Below are positions 11,845-24,595 of a stretch of DNA of 64,000 nt, one piece after another (within the stretch, counting starts at the first letter, position 1; each line of letters starts with the position of its first letter). Under the pieces are notes generated by a model. That model had not been told where the DNA came from and did not search any database. It saw nothing but the letters and a program-made list of their open reading frames with translations. Both the position numbers and the translations under genes were made by a program. Origin of the DNA: Mobula hypostoma (taxonomy: Eukaryota); assembly GCF_963921235.1 (NCBI RefSeq), contig NC_086107.1:103852001-103916000 (forward strand). Reading direction: 5' to 3'.

Positions 11845-12570
11845 CTCAACTGGCTGCATCACTGTTTGGTATGGGGGTGGGGGTGGCTACTGCACAGGAT
11901 CGAAGTACACTGCAGGGAGTTGTAAAATTAGTCAGCCCCATCACGGGCACTAGTCTCCAAGAGATCTTCAAGGAGCATTGCCTCAAAAAGGCATTGCCCG
12001 TTATTAAGGACCCCCACCACCCAGGACATGCCCTCTTCTCATTGCTACCATCAGGAAAGAGGTACAGAAGCCGGAAATTAAATTTATAACTTAAATTTTT
12101 AATATTTAGTATCGATTTGTAATCCAGGGAGCGGGAAGCGCAGAATCAAATAGCGCTGTGATGATTGTACATTCTAGTATCAATTGTTTGCGACAATAAA
12201 GTATAAAGTAAGTATAAAGACACACACTCAGTGATTCAAGAGCAGCCTCTTCTCTTCCCTCTACCATCAGATTTCTGAATGGACACTGAACCCATGAACA
12301 CTACCTCACTACTTTATTTCTGTTTTTACACTACTTATTTAACTATTTTATGTATAATATAAAATACTAAAGTGCAATACATCTTATTTTACATACATTA
12401 CATTGATATATATTATAATGTATACAATACATACATATACACACACACACACATATATACACACAGATACTGTAATTCAGGTTTTTCTATATTTAATCAT
12501 ACATTGTACTGCTGCTGCAAAGTTAACTCATTTCGCGACATATGCCGGTGATACTAAACCTGATTCTAAA
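11845..12570 (+). mobile_element. Rex1/Babar 3' fragment with a younger Rex1 tail nested at ~12075-12217
   Basis: IKDPHHPGHALFSLLPSGKRYRS peptide; the nested tail ending (TATAAAG)n matches the 27378 and 36773 copies. Confidence 0.75.
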
Positions 12571-12719
12571 CACTCCTAGCATTTTCAGGGGCTAATTTTT
12601 GGATCTCCATTTGAGCAAACTGTTCCCCACTCGCTTATCTGTCTCACTTGCAGGGCACTCCGCGTCTTCCGTCCGATTTGCTTTCTCAATCTAACCTTTC
12701 TCTGTTTGGCCTCCTACAG

Positions 12720-12764
12720 CGCTCCAGAGATTTAAATGTGTCGGCAGCAGAACGCTCCTGTTAA
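12720..12764 (+). other. Candidate 45-nt spliced exon in unique sequence
   Basis: CTAAC branch point, polypyrimidine tract, CTACAG acceptor and TAA|GTGAGT donor. No recognisable protein. Confidence 0.4.
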
Positions 12765-12911
12765 GTGAGTCACCGATGTGATCGATGGAGGCTCTGGGAT
12801 GAAACCCAAAGCATTCAAGCTAGTTCCAGCTTGCCGGCTTGCGAATGACTCATACACCCTGACAAATGCTTTCTGTTAGCCAAACCACATCGGTATATTA
12901 CTGTCAGCTGC

Positions 12912-13235
12912 TGGGTGGCGGTGGCACCTCAGCAGTTAAGGGCTGCTGTCCTGCAGCCCCAGTGACGGGGTTTCGATCCCGGCCCCCGGTACTGACTGGG
13001 CGCAGTGTTTGAACTTTCTCCCCGTGACTGCGCGGGTTTCCCCAGATGCTGAGACAGTCTAAAGAAACGCGGGTTTATCGGCTTACTGTAAATTTTCCGT
13101 AGATTGGGGTGGGGGGGTGGAGTGAGTGGGTGGGGGTAGGAATCGATGAGCACATGAGCCACAGGGGGGCCTAGAGGGAAAAAAGTGGGGGGAGTGAACT
13201 CATTCCGAGAGCCAGCACAGACTCGGTACGATTTT
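12912..13235 (+). mobile_element. V-SINE (HE1-like) copy
   Basis: tRNA-like head with TTCGATCC, then V-domain TTCTCCCCGTGACTGCGCGGGTTTCCCC. Confidence 0.65.
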
Positions 13236-13341
13236 GTGGTCCAGCCGGGGATTGTGGTAGAGGCTGATGTCACAGGGATGTTTAGATGACTCTGAGTTAG
13301 CACATGGACGTAAAAAAGATGGAGGGTTGTGTGCTGTGTAG

Positions 13342-14087
13342 AGAGAGAGGCCCGTTTTTGTGGGCACGTGGCTAAGTGGTTAAGGCATTCGACTAGCGAT
13401 CTGAAGGTCATGAGTTCGAGCCCCAGCTGAGGCAACGTGTTGTGTCCTTGAGCAAGGCACTTAATCACACATTGCTCTGCTACGACACCAGTGCCAAGCT
13501 GTATGGGTCCTAGTGCCCTTCCCTTGGACAACATTGGTGTCATGGAGAGGGGAGACTTGCAGCATGGGCAACTGCTGGTCTTCCATACAACCTTGCCCAG
13601 GCCTGTGCCCTGGAGAGTGAAGACTTTCCAGGCGCAGATCCATGGTCCCGCAAGACTAACGGATGCCTAAAAAAGAGAGAGGCCTCTGTCGTTCAGGGCC
13701 GACCATGGGCGTTGCGTCCCAGCTGTCTAGACATGCAGGTCAAGTCAATACAATCTGGAGAGCAAGTGTGGCAAGTTCCCTCCCTCCACACGTCGGACGA
13801 ACCCAAAGGAACGGCAGAGACCGATACAGTTTGGCACCAACAGTGTTGCAGGAGTTGCCAGTCAGCGTTAAACTCAATGTAGGGACTCCAGCTCCCAATC
13901 TTTCCCCCCGCCCCTACCTCGGGGTTTACTCTCGATGCCGTCCCCATGAGAGGGTATAGCCACAAGGCAGCGGAGTTTCCTTCTCCTAGATAAGCTGGCG
14001 TGCCACGTCTGCCCAAAGCGAGTGGATTTAAGGTGCTAGTAACCTGCCTTTGCTCCTTCTCCTGTCAGTGGAAATGGTTCCACCAAG
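13342..14087 (-). mobile_element. RTE-derived non-autonomous element inserted in a CR1 tail
   Basis: Flanked by GCTGTGTAG repeats (~13333 and ~14089); RTE 5'UTR-like content; hosts a tRNA-SINE. Confidence 0.5.
13360..13672 (+). mobile_element. tRNA-derived SINE with RTE-related body/tail
   Basis: A box TGGCTAAGTGG, B box GTTCGAGCC, then GTGTCCTTGAGCAAGGCACTTAA; second copy at 20912. Confidence 0.8.
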
Positions 14088-14794
14088 GGCTGTGTAGAAG
14101 GGGAAGGGTTAATTTGATCGTGCAGTAGGTTTACAGTAGCCAGTGAACATTGTGGGCCAAAGAGCCTGTACTGTGCCATGACCTAATGTTGCATATCGGT
14201 GTCATAAGAGGAAGGATGAGAATATAACTGACTCGGCAGTATGTGGCACCTTACCAAATGCTTTCTCGGAAATCAAAATGCTCATTTACCCAACCTCACT
14301 CCACTAGCTCTAACTTTGAAGCAGTCTACCAAATTTTCCTCACATAAAACCACACTCTCTGCCGAAACACTCTTTTAAACAGTCTACTATCACTTCCTCT
14401 ATAATAGAAATGTGTTTGCTTAATATTTCCTGTTTTCTATCTCCTTCCATTCTTCTCATTAGTATGACGGGGCATCAACAATTTCAGGAAACCGCTGGGA
14501 GATCTGGAAGAGCAAAGTGCTAGTGTATATTAGATTGCGATCAGACAATGGAGACAAAGAGACATAAGGGGATCGTTGAGGATATGCAGCATAGATACAG
14601 TCCAATGAGAAAGTCATACACCACGAAATTAGGCCATTCAGCCCATTGATTCTGTGCCAACCATCAATATATTAACCTCAATTTTTTTAACACTTTTTTT
14701 CTACCCACATTGCCATCAATTCCCTCCAGATTCCACTACTTACTTGCAAGAGGGAAAAATCTAACCGGCTAATTAATCTACCAACCAACACATC

Positions 14795-15430
14795 TCTATA
14801 AAACCATAGAGTATAGGAGCAGAATTAGGGCCTTTGGCCCATCAGTTCTGCTCCACCATTCGATACAGGCTGATCGCTTTTTCAGCCGCATTCTCCAGCC
14901 TTCTCCCTGTAACCTTTAACTCATTTGCCATTCAAGAACCTGTCAATCTTTGCCTCAAATCCATGGCCTCCACCGCCCACTGTAGTAACAAATGCCACAT
15001 TTTCAGAAAGAGAAGACATTCCTGCTTATCTCAGCTCTAAAGGGACGTCCCTTTATTGTGAGGTTATGCCGTTGGATCCTAGACTCTCCTACTAGTGGAA
15101 ACATCCCTCCATATCCACGCTACCCAGGTCTTTCAGTATCCAGTAGGTTCCAATATCACCATCCCCATCCTTCCAAACTCTATCCAATGCAGACCCAGAG
15201 ACATCAAGCGCTCCTCATACATTAATCCTCTCATTCCTGGGGAGCATTCTTGTGAACATCCCCCAAGGCCAGCACATCTTTGCTTAAACACTGGGCGTAA
15301 AATTGCTCACCATATTCCAAATGCAGCCTGACCAACGCCTTATCTGGCCTGACCGACGCCTTATGTTCTAGTCCCCTTAAAATGAATGCTAATGTTGCAT
15401 TTTTAGTATCGTCTCAACGTGCAAATTAAC
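14795..15430 (-). mobile_element. Old CR1 3' fragment
   Basis: Reverse CR1 end, diverged but collinear with the 38035-39097 copy. Confidence 0.65.
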
Positions 15431-15738
15431 CTTAAGGGAATCCCCTACAACACAAGAGGAAACCTGAGCATTCAGAAGAATCTCATGCGGTGGCAGGAAG
15501 TATGCATCTGCTGGATGCAGATAGGACAGAAGGTCAGACTTCAACCACCACCATATTCCAAAGTCATTCTCAAAAATCTAAAAGGAGTTAAAAGAGTTCT
15601 GACAGATACTTTCGGGGAGAAAAGGGCTAATAAAGTGTTGGTCCTTTACAAAACTAGATTGAGGAATTAATAATTTGTTAACAGATGGAAAGTGAATTAA
15701 ATGGATAATTTTGCATCAGTCTTTACAATAGAGGACAC

Positions 15739-15917
15739 TTCTGTTTTGCAAGTGCAAAGTACTAAGCTAATTAAAAGGAAAAGGTGGGTCCGAAATGTGA
15801 TTCTAATTTCATTTGTTACTTTAAGTAAGGCGCGCATGTATTATGATGTATGCAATTCACCTATTTTTACATATAATCCGTAATGAATTATTTAAACAAA
15901 TAAAGAATGCTTAATCA

Positions 15918-15952
<35 letters not shown>

Positions 15953-18459
15953 AGATTACTCAAATATCACTGAAATATTAAATACAAACACTCCTTCCTG
16001 CTTAGCTGTAAACTCCAACTCTATATAGAATGCACCTCATCTATAGATGCAGTCTATATAATACAACTACTATACAGGCATCCACAGCATAGTAATTTTT
16101 TTAAATTGTTCCATTCAGGCCTGAAGATCTAATCGCTGTGGAGGATTTCTTACTCTTGTGAGATAACTTCTTTCCTGACAAAGGGGAATCACTCTGTTGG
16201 CAGGTTAGACTTGTGGCTGTGAAACAATCCCAGGTTCTGGGGTCCCCTCTGTGGTGGTTGAAGGAGATGACTCTGAGACTGCAGGACGTGTTTCTGATGC
16301 TCTGGGTGCCTTTCTTCTCCCTCCTTTTTCTTCTTCAAGTTTGTGCATCTTCATCTTGGGAAGGTGCATTTAGTTTACTGGCGTATTCTTTTATTAATCC
16401 TTCATTGCTCCCTTTACGATCTGATCTCTCCTCTTAGTTTACACATTAGATTAGATTATGAAGACACGCAGTCCTCTTTTATTGTCATTTAGTAATGCAT
16501 GCATTAAGAAATGATACAATGTTTTTCCAGAATGATATCACGATAACACATGTCAAACCGACTTAAAAACTAACAAAAACCACATAATTATAACATATAG
16601 TTGCAATAGTGCAAAGCAATACCACAAATTGATGAGAACAGACCACGGTAAAAGTCTCAAAGTCTCTCGGAAGTCCCATTATCTCACGCAGATGGTGAAC
16701 CTCCAGCGCCGCCAACTTGCCGATGCAGCATCCTGGAAGCATCTGACCACAGCCAACTCCGAGTCTGTCCAAAAACTCCAAGTCTCCGACACCGAGCACC
16801 GAGCACCATCTCTGCCGAGCGTTCCGACCCCACATCCACATTATCTGACGAATCCTCTGTTTTCATATCTCCATTGACTCCTTTCTTTTTGGCCTTCCGT
16901 TCATCCAGCTGGGCTTTGGGCTTTGCATCTACTTTTACAAGCAGCTTTTTGTCTCCTGCTTGAAGTTTCTTAATGCACACAGAGTAGATTCTGGTTTTTG
17001 AAACTCAAAAGCCAAATGTTTGCAACTTTCCTGAAGCTCCTTGAACTCTCTTCCAGCTTAAAACCAAGCCACATTTCACAAATACCAATTTCGCAAGTAA
17101 CTGCCTGATTAACACATCAGAAGCTTTATCAGATATGTTGCCAACAAAAACTGTTGCCTACCACTGCTTTCGTCAGTTTCACAATCCCTCTGAGCAACAT
17201 GGTCTTTCCTTGGTCCAATATGCTTTCCAACCAGAGGCTCAGAGATTAGCACCAAAAACTGCTTGTCCACTGCTGGGAAATAGTTTATAGCGTTTGGCAT
17301 GGACTGTTGTGGCATCATCCTGTACCCTTCTTAGTTCACTTTCAGTTGATGCTATTACAGGGGATGTGGCATGCAAATGGTAGATGGATCTCCAATCAAG
17401 TTGCCAATTTGTGGTTGTTTGATGTATGTGAGCCCCTGACATAACAGTAACACTATTTGTTTGGCCAGGCAGGTTTCTGTTTAGACATTGCAATTTTGTT
17501 CAAGTTCACTTTCGTTCCTGACTGCAACTCGATTGCATCTCTGTCTGCTGTTTCCATTGATACAGCAATTTCAACTGTTCTTTTAAATGTGAATTGTGCT
17601 TTGGGTAGGAGCTGTTTTTGAATGCTTTCTTGTAAGATTCCACAATGAAATAATCTCAGCAAATCATTAAGCCTATCTTTGAACTGACAACGCTCAGACA
17701 ATCACTTCAATTCAGTCACATACACTGAAATGGACTCCCCTTCCTTTTGATTCCACTCATGAAACCAAAAGAGCACTACAATCAATGGCTTTGGTTCTAA
17801 GTGTTCCTGCACTACTTTGACGTTATCAGCAAAGCTCATTTCTGCTGGTTTGGTTGGAGCAGTCAAACTCCTAAGCAGACTGTATGTTTTCCTATCCAAT
17901 GCACTCAGCAAGATTGGTACTTGTTTCTTATTGGCTATTCCATTTGCTTTAAAATATTGCTCGATCCATTCAGTATATAAAATTCAGTTATCCATTATGT
18001 CATCAAATGCATCAACCTCTTTTTTGCTCTTTTTATTAGCATTATCACTCAGTACTCACTGTTTATGAACATGTGAATTCTTCCATTTTCTGCCTTTTTT
18101 TAAACTCAACCATCTCTGCACATGCTGTGTTTTTTCTTAATATACTCTACCATTTTTCGCTGAGCTTCAACAGGCCGGTAACCATCTCAGGTTAGCTTTA
18201 AAAGTACCTCACCGCCACTGTTTTATATTGTCAGTCCAAAACATTAAACTAATTGAAAGGAATAGATGGGAATACAAAATGTGATTCTAACTTCATCTTT
18301 GCTTTAAGCGAGGAGCACACGTATCATGTGGTAGCATCATGACATATGCAATTCACACATTTTTACATATAACCTGTAATGATTTAAACCAATAAAAATT
18401 GCTTAATCAACATATTTACCATAGTACTCAAATATTACCAAAATATTAGATACACAACA
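15739..18459 (-). mobile_element. Internally deleted Gypsy-type LTR retrotransposon, copy 1
   Basis: LTRs ~15739-15990 and ~18218-18459; 5-bp TSD GACAC; PBS-like TGGCGGTGAGG; PPT; gag peptide TYSLLRSLTAPTKPAEMSF. No RT or integrase core seen. Confidence 0.85.
16446..16830 (-). mobile_element. 5'-truncated copy of the ~650-bp (CTAAT)n-tailed retroposon
   Basis: TTAGATTAGATTATGAAGACACGCAGTCCTCTTTTATTGTC tail; body matches the 40574 copy. Confidence 0.8.
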
Positions 18460-18823
18460 GACACCAGTAATATCTGCAAACTGGTGACGGGAAGGGAGGG
18501 AGAACCTCAGGAAAATCACGATCAGAATGGAAGCAGTACTGAGCTAAAGGGAGACAGATCCCAGGGCTCTGAGAGTTTTAAAAGTTTCTAGTGAGATTGA
18601 TGATGGATTGGTCTTAATTTTCCAAAATCCTCTCAATTCAGGGAAGGTTCCATTACAGTGGAAAATAGCGAACATAACACATTTATTCGATAGGGGAAGG
18701 TAGCTGAAAGCAGGAAACTGCAGGCTTGTGACACTTAACATTTGTCACAGGGAAAACGTTAGTAGCTACTATTGAAATCAGCACAGCAAAGCACTTAGGA
18801 AAACACTAAATCATCAGGGTTAC

Positions 18824-18858
<35 letters not shown>

Positions 18859-19135
18859 CTGGAGGAACTCGGCAGGTCAAGCAGCAGCCATAGAAAAGAG
18901 TAAACAGTTGACGTTTCAGGCCGAGACCTTTCATCTGGACTGGAAGAAGGATGAGGAGTCAGAGTAAGAAAGATAGAAGGAGTCATCAGGGTTTTGTGAT
19001 GCAGATTAACTCAATGTATTGGAGACTGTTGAAGTGGTAGCATTGGGAGTGTTGATGTCCAGCGAGGTCTTAGGGGTGCAAGCCCACTGTTTCCTGAAAG
19101 TGGCAGCACAAGTAGGTAGGTAAAGAGGTCATACA

Positions 19136-20320
19136 GCATCATCATCATCATCAGGTGCCATGCCCAGTTTGAGCTTGACTGCCATGGCCCACACATTCCT
19201 GTTCTGGGTCAAGTGGATCAATTAATTGGTACTCATCTCCAGTTCTCTGGCTGCTGTTTCCATCATCATTTGTCTTTGCCTTCCTCTTGCTTTCTTCCCT
19301 TCAATCTTTCCATAATTACCGTGCATTCTAGCTCCTCTTTCCTAATCACATGTCCAATGAAGTCACATTGCCTTTTCATGATCTCATACATTATATCTCT
19401 TTCTGTGTTTGCTCTGTTCCTGACATCCTCGTTAGATATTCGTTTCGTCCATGATATTCTTTGCATCCTCCTCAAAAACCACAACTCTGCTGCTTTAATT
19501 TGTTTCCTCGTGTTACTAGATATTGTCCAACATTCTGAGCCATATAACATAGCTGGATAAACGTAACATTTCAGTACTCTGAGGCGGGTTGTCATGCCTA
19601 GTTTAGTATTGGTCAGTATACTCTTCATTTTCATAAAGGTGCCTTTTGCCATCCCTATTCTTCTCTTGATGTCCAAGTCACACCTGCCATCTGATATCAC
19701 CCAGCTTCCTAAGTAGCAAAAGTTCTGTATTTGTTTTATGTCTTCCCCGTTTATTCTCAGCCTGCAGATAGGATTCTCCTTCTTTTTGGACATCACCATA
19801 CATTCTGTCTTTTTGCAATTGATAGATAGACCCATTTTTGCACTTTCTTCAACAATTATATCAATTAAGTTTTGTAGTTCTTCCTCCGTACTTGCAATTA
19901 ACACAGTGTCATCCACGTATCTAAAATTATTGATGTTTTCACCGCCAACTTTGATTCCCAAGATGTCTCTTATTTGTTTCACTGTATACATTAAACAAAT
20001 CAGGGGAGAAAACACACCCTTGTCTAACGCCTCTCTTGATTTTCATAAACTGACTCACTTCTCCATCTATTCTTACAGCGGCAGTTTGTTCCCAGTACAG
20101 ATTTCTGATTAGGCGGAGGTCTTTCGAATCTAGATCTAGAGTTTCCTGTAATATTTTGAATAACTTATTGTGCTTCACTTCATCAAATGTTTTTGTGTAG
20201 TCGATACAACAAACAAACAAATCTTTTTGCATTTGAATAGCTCGTTCTGATAGTATCCTTAACATCAATATCGTGTTTCTTGTAGCTAAACCACATTGTT
20301 CTTTAGCTATTTCAGCTCAG
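19136..20320 (-). mobile_element. 5'-truncated RTE-clade LINE, distinct from the BovB-like copy
   Basis: CIDYTKTFDEVKH, GVRQGCVFSP, INNFRYVDDTVLIA and VLKCYVYPAMLYGSECWT peptides; (GAT)n tail at 19136-19152. Confidence 0.9.
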
Positions 20321-20344
20321 TTGACTTAATTAGTTGGAATATTG

Positions 20345-20732
20345 AATGGTAGGGTGAAGATATAACTCTACCAAAGGAGATAGGAGGTGCTCCTTCTCTT
20401 CGCTAGCCTGTAGGTCACTCTTGGGCAAGGAATAGCTGCTGCTTAGAGTCACTCCACCCCCCCCCCCCCAGGTCAGGCTCATGAAGCCATGGGAGCAGGT
20501 GGTGGATGGTCCTTCCAGCAGCTGGTCCATATCATAAGTCCTGGTTATGCGACCACTGACAATCCCTGAAGAGTATTGATAACGGCTGGGGTCACCTGTC
20601 TTGTAAAGACACTGCCCAGAAGGCGGCAATGGCAAACCACTTCTGTAGAAAAATCTGCCAAGATTAATCACGGTCGCGGAAAGGCCATGATCACCCACGC
20701 CATATGAAGTGGCGCATAATGACGACGATGAC
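20345..20732 (+). mobile_element. RTE-mobilised non-autonomous element (also 33200-33565 +, 52488-52890 -, 59995-60380 -)
   Basis: Shared CTCTACCAAAGGAGG...GCTAGCCTG...GGCAATGGCAAACCACTTCTG body and GAT/GAC-repeat tail. Confidence 0.75.
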
Positions 20733-20911
20733 CGAGTGTAAAAGTTGGGAAGACATTTTCCAGTTGTATACAACATTGGTTAGGCTGCATTTAAAGCAAC
20801 ATGTCCCGTGTTGATCACCACATTACAGGAAGGGTGTGGAAGCTTTGGAGAAAGTGTAGAAGAGGTTCACCAGGATTTGCCTGGATTAGAGAGCATTAGC
20901 CTTAAGGAGAG

Positions 20912-21170
20912 TGTGGGCACGTGGTCAAGTGGTTAAGGTATTCGACTAGCGATCTGAAGGGCATGAGTTCGAGCCCCAGCCGAGGCAGTGTGTTGTGTTC
21001 TTGAGCAAGGCCTGCCCTTCCCTTGGACAACATTGGTGTCATGGAGAGGGGAGACTTGCAGCATGGGCAACTGCCAGTCTAACATACAACCTTGCCCAGG
21101 CCTGCGCCATGGAGAGTGAAAACTTTCCAGGCACAGATCCATGGTCTCGCAAGACTAACGGATGTCTTTA
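20912..21170 (+). mobile_element. tRNA-derived SINE with 17-bp TSD, inserted in a CR1 remnant
   Basis: ATTAGCCTTAAGGAGAG at 20895-20911 and 21171-21187; A and B boxes; internal deletion relative to the 13360 copy. Confidence 0.85.
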
Positions 21171-22034
21171 ATTAGCCTTAAGGAGAGAGTGGACAAACTT
21201 GGACTGTTTTCTCCAAAGTGTTAGAGGAACAATTAGAGAGACATTGATGAAATTATGAAATCCATGGATAGAGTAGCCATTCAAGCCATAATTTTCAAAT
21301 ACAAGCGGGCTTAGGTTTCAGGTCAGAGGAGGAAATTTAAAAGGAGATGAGGAAACCTTTTGGACATTGAGATTGGTGGGAGCCTGGAACACAAAGCCAG
21401 GACAAGTGCTGGAATGTTTAGACAGACAATGGACAAGCAGGGAATGGAGGGATATGGACCATGTGTGGGCAGTTGGGATCAGTTCAGACTAGCACCATTT
21501 TGGGCAGAAGACTCTGCTCCTGTTTGTACTGTTCTATGTTTCATATGTAAGTACATGCACTGTGGATAATGGGGAAGTGGTTGATGTCACATATTTGGAT
21601 TTCCAAAAAACATTTGATAAGGCGCTGTACTGAAGACCATTGCAGAACATTAAACTTCACAATGTAGGAATTTATGTTGGGTAGGAGGTTGGCCGGATGA
21701 CAGGAGACAGAGCAACACATTTCGGTTTACTATTTGTCTTGGCAAGATGTACAGTGTTATACCTCAGTGCTGCAGCCTCAGATTTTTAGATTACACAGCA
21801 GTGGGCAAAAGGTTTAGGCATGTATATAGCTAGGGTGCCTAAGACTTCTGCACAGTACTGCAGTAATTTTATGTATTGCACTGTACAACTGTTGCAAATA
21901 AAAAACAAATTCCATGACATACGTGAGTGACGATAAACCTGATTCAGGTCTGGGTCTCTGTTGTGGACTGAGAGTGGGAAGAGGGCAGGGAGAGGGGAAT
22001 CATGGTTGGGAAAACGGGAAGGGAGCAGGAAGCA

Positions 22035-22583
22035 ACACACATAAAAGTTGCTGCGTCTCTAGGAAGAGGTACAGTTGACATTTCAGGCCGAGACCCTTCA
22101 TCAGGACTAACTGAAAGAAGAGCTAGTAGGAGATTTGAAAGTGTGAGGGGGAGATCCAAAATGATAGGAGAAGACAGGAGGGGGAGGGATGGAGCCAAGA
22201 GCTGGACGGTTGATTGGCAAAAGAGGTATGAGAGAATCATGGGACAGGAGGCCCAGGGAGAAAGAAAAGGGGGCGGGGGGGAAAAAGCCCAGAGGATGGG
22301 CAAGGGGTATAGTGAGAGGGACAGAGGGAGAAAAAGGAGAGAGAGAAAAAGAATGTGTGTATATAAATAAATAACGGATGGGGTACGAGGGGGAGGTGGG
22401 GCCTAGCGGAAGTTAGAGAAATCAATGTTCATGCCGTCAGGTTGGAGGCTACCCAGGCAGAATATAAGGTGTTGTTCCTCCAACCTGAGTGTGGCTTCAC
22501 CTTTACAGTAGAGGAGGCCGTGGATAGACATGTCAGAATGGGAATGGGACAGTGCGTCCGCCAGAGAAAGCTAGAAAGAAGAG
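22035..22583 (-). mobile_element. Penelope-like element 3' part with ~14-bp TSD
   Basis: Reverse GIY-YIG C-terminus, pseudo-LTR and HHR motif ~22072-22109; flanked by GGGAGCAG(G/A)AAGCA. Confidence 0.8.
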
Positions 22584-22840
22584 GGAGCAGAAAGCATCAG
22601 AGGGACATTCTATAATGATCAGAAACCAATTGTTTGAAATCAAATGACCTTGCCTGGTGTCTCAGGGCTGGGCATGTCTGCACCCACACCACCCCCCACC
22701 CCTCACGCACCCCGACCGCATCTGGTACTTTTTCTCTGCCATCTGCCGCACACCGCTCTGCGGGGCTCCACTCTCAAAATTGCCAACAACCTTTGCTCCT
22801 CCCAGATCTTCAAACTCGGTCTCCCTCCACATTGACAAAT

Positions 22841-22910
22841 ACAGTACAGTGCAAAGGTCTTAGTCACCCTAGCTATATACATGTGCCAAAGACTTTTGCA
22901 CAGTACTGTA
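22841..22910. mobile_element. ~70-bp Tc1-like MITE (related copy ~21793-21860)
   Basis: CAGTACAGTGCAAAGGTCTTAG...AAGACTTTTGCACAGTACTG terminal inverted repeats flanked by TA. Confidence 0.6.
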
Positions 22911-23359
22911 TAAATGAAGAAACTGAAGAATTTTTGCTTGCTAAATTTTGTTAGTGATAAATAAACAAATTTTGAAGAGGACACAAGGAAGTTACAAGGT
23001 CAAAGTAAATTATCAAAGTATATATACAGTACGCCACCATACACTACCTTGAAGTTATTTTCTTACAGGCATTTACAGGAAAATAAAGAAATACACTATA
23101 ATTTACCAAAATTTATACATAAACAAAAACTGACAAACAACCATTGTGCAAAAGACAAACTATGCAAATAAAACTAACTAAATAATACTGAGAACATGAA
23201 TTGTAGAGACCTTGAAATTTAGTCTGTGGGTTGTGGAATCAGTTCAGAGTTGAGGTGAGTGAAGTTACCCACACTAGTTCAGGAGCCTGATAACTGTTCC
23301 TGAACTTGGTGGTGTGGGATCTCAGGCTCCTGGAAAGAGAGCTGTTCCCCTCTCAACAG

Positions 23360-23415
23360 TTGACAGTTAAGGAATATAGGCAGCAGACAATTTTCTGGGA
23401 AATGCAGTATAATGG
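23360..23415 (+). other. Candidate 56-nt exon, followed by a possible 122-nt intron and acceptor at 23537
   Basis: TTCCCCTCTCAACAG acceptor, TGG|GTGAGT donor, next acceptor TCTCTTTCGCAG. One frame is open (LTVKEYRQQTIFWEMQYNG). Confidence 0.35.
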
Positions 23416-23923
23416 GTGAGTAGGTTCTTGAACAAGGGTGAAAAGTTTCTGGGTTTGGTGAAAAGGGTTCAAGACACTCACTGGCCAACAATTGTCCAAA
23501 TACTTGATGTAAAATAAATCTAGAATCTCTTTCGCAGGCCTCTGTCTGAATGCCCAGGGCACTCCCTCGCCTTCCCTATCTACATACCTTCCCCAGACAC
23601 ACCTCCTTCTCTCCCCCACCTTCAAGGAAAATGTTTCAAAGTTTCAAAGTTTATTATCAAAGTGTGTACAAGGCACCATGAACCAGCTTGAGATTCATTT
23701 CCTTGCCTGCGTTTACAGGAAAATACAGTAAAGGAATACAACTGAATTTATGAAAAAAAAACAGATGTACACAAAAATTGACAACCAATGTGTAAAAGAA
23801 GACAAATTGTGCAAATAAATACACAAACTACTGAGAACATGGGTTGCAGGGTCATTGAAAATCTATAGTTATGGATTAAGTTCAGGGTTGAGGTGAGTGA
23901 AGTTATCCATGCCGATTCAAGGA

Positions 23924-24595
23924 GGAGAAGATGGCGGCGTGATGCAGCGCGCGCGGCCTCTCCGGTGATGAATATCTGTTATCTGTCAAGTAGGAGGCCG
24001 TGCACAATCCTGATTTGATGGAGACGGACGTGACAGCACGGAGGAACATCTGGTGAAACTTCTGAAATGCCTGTTTCACTGCCGCTGCTACTGTGTGATC
24101 CAGAATCTCCGGAGGGGAAGGCCCCGAGTCCTCGGCTTTGCCTGTTGCTCGGCGGCCGGGGCGGGGTCGAAGCGCTCGGCAGAGACGGTGCTCGGTGCTC
24201 GGTGTCGGACGGCCGGTCGGAGGCTCGAAGTTTTCGGACAGACTCAGAGTCCGTTGCGGTCGGGAGCTTCCAAAGGTGCTGCATCAGCAAGTTTGTGGCG
24301 CTTGGAGGTTCATGGCAGGAAGAGTTTCTCCCTTCTGCCGTCTGTGTGAGATGATGGGGCTATCGGGACTTGAGACTTTTTTTTACCATGGCCATGGTCT
24401 GCTCTTTATCAAATTACGGTATTGCTTTGCACTGTTATAACTATATGTTATAATTATGTGGTTTTGTCAGTTTTAGTCTTGGGTTGTCCCGTGTTTCTGT
24501 GTTATCTTTTTGGAGGAACATTGTATCACTTTTTAATGCATGCATTTCTAAATGACAATAAACGAGGACCGTGTGTCCTCATAACTTAATCTAAT
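23924..24595 (+). mobile_element. Full-length ~650-bp non-coding retroposon (AAGATGGCG head, (CTAAT)n tail)
   Basis: Starts GGAGAAGATGGCGGCG and ends GACAATAAACGAGGACC...TAATCTAAT; interrupts a Rex1 remnant. Confidence 0.85.

Noticed and set aside
13360..13430. tRNA-like sequence (also 20912 and 32956)
   Set aside because: No complete cloverleaf; continues into a SINE body and tail, with a clear TSD at 20912, so these are SINE heads.
19266..20015. Longest ORF (249 aa) as a host gene
   Set aside because: It is the RT C-terminus of a truncated RTE LINE.
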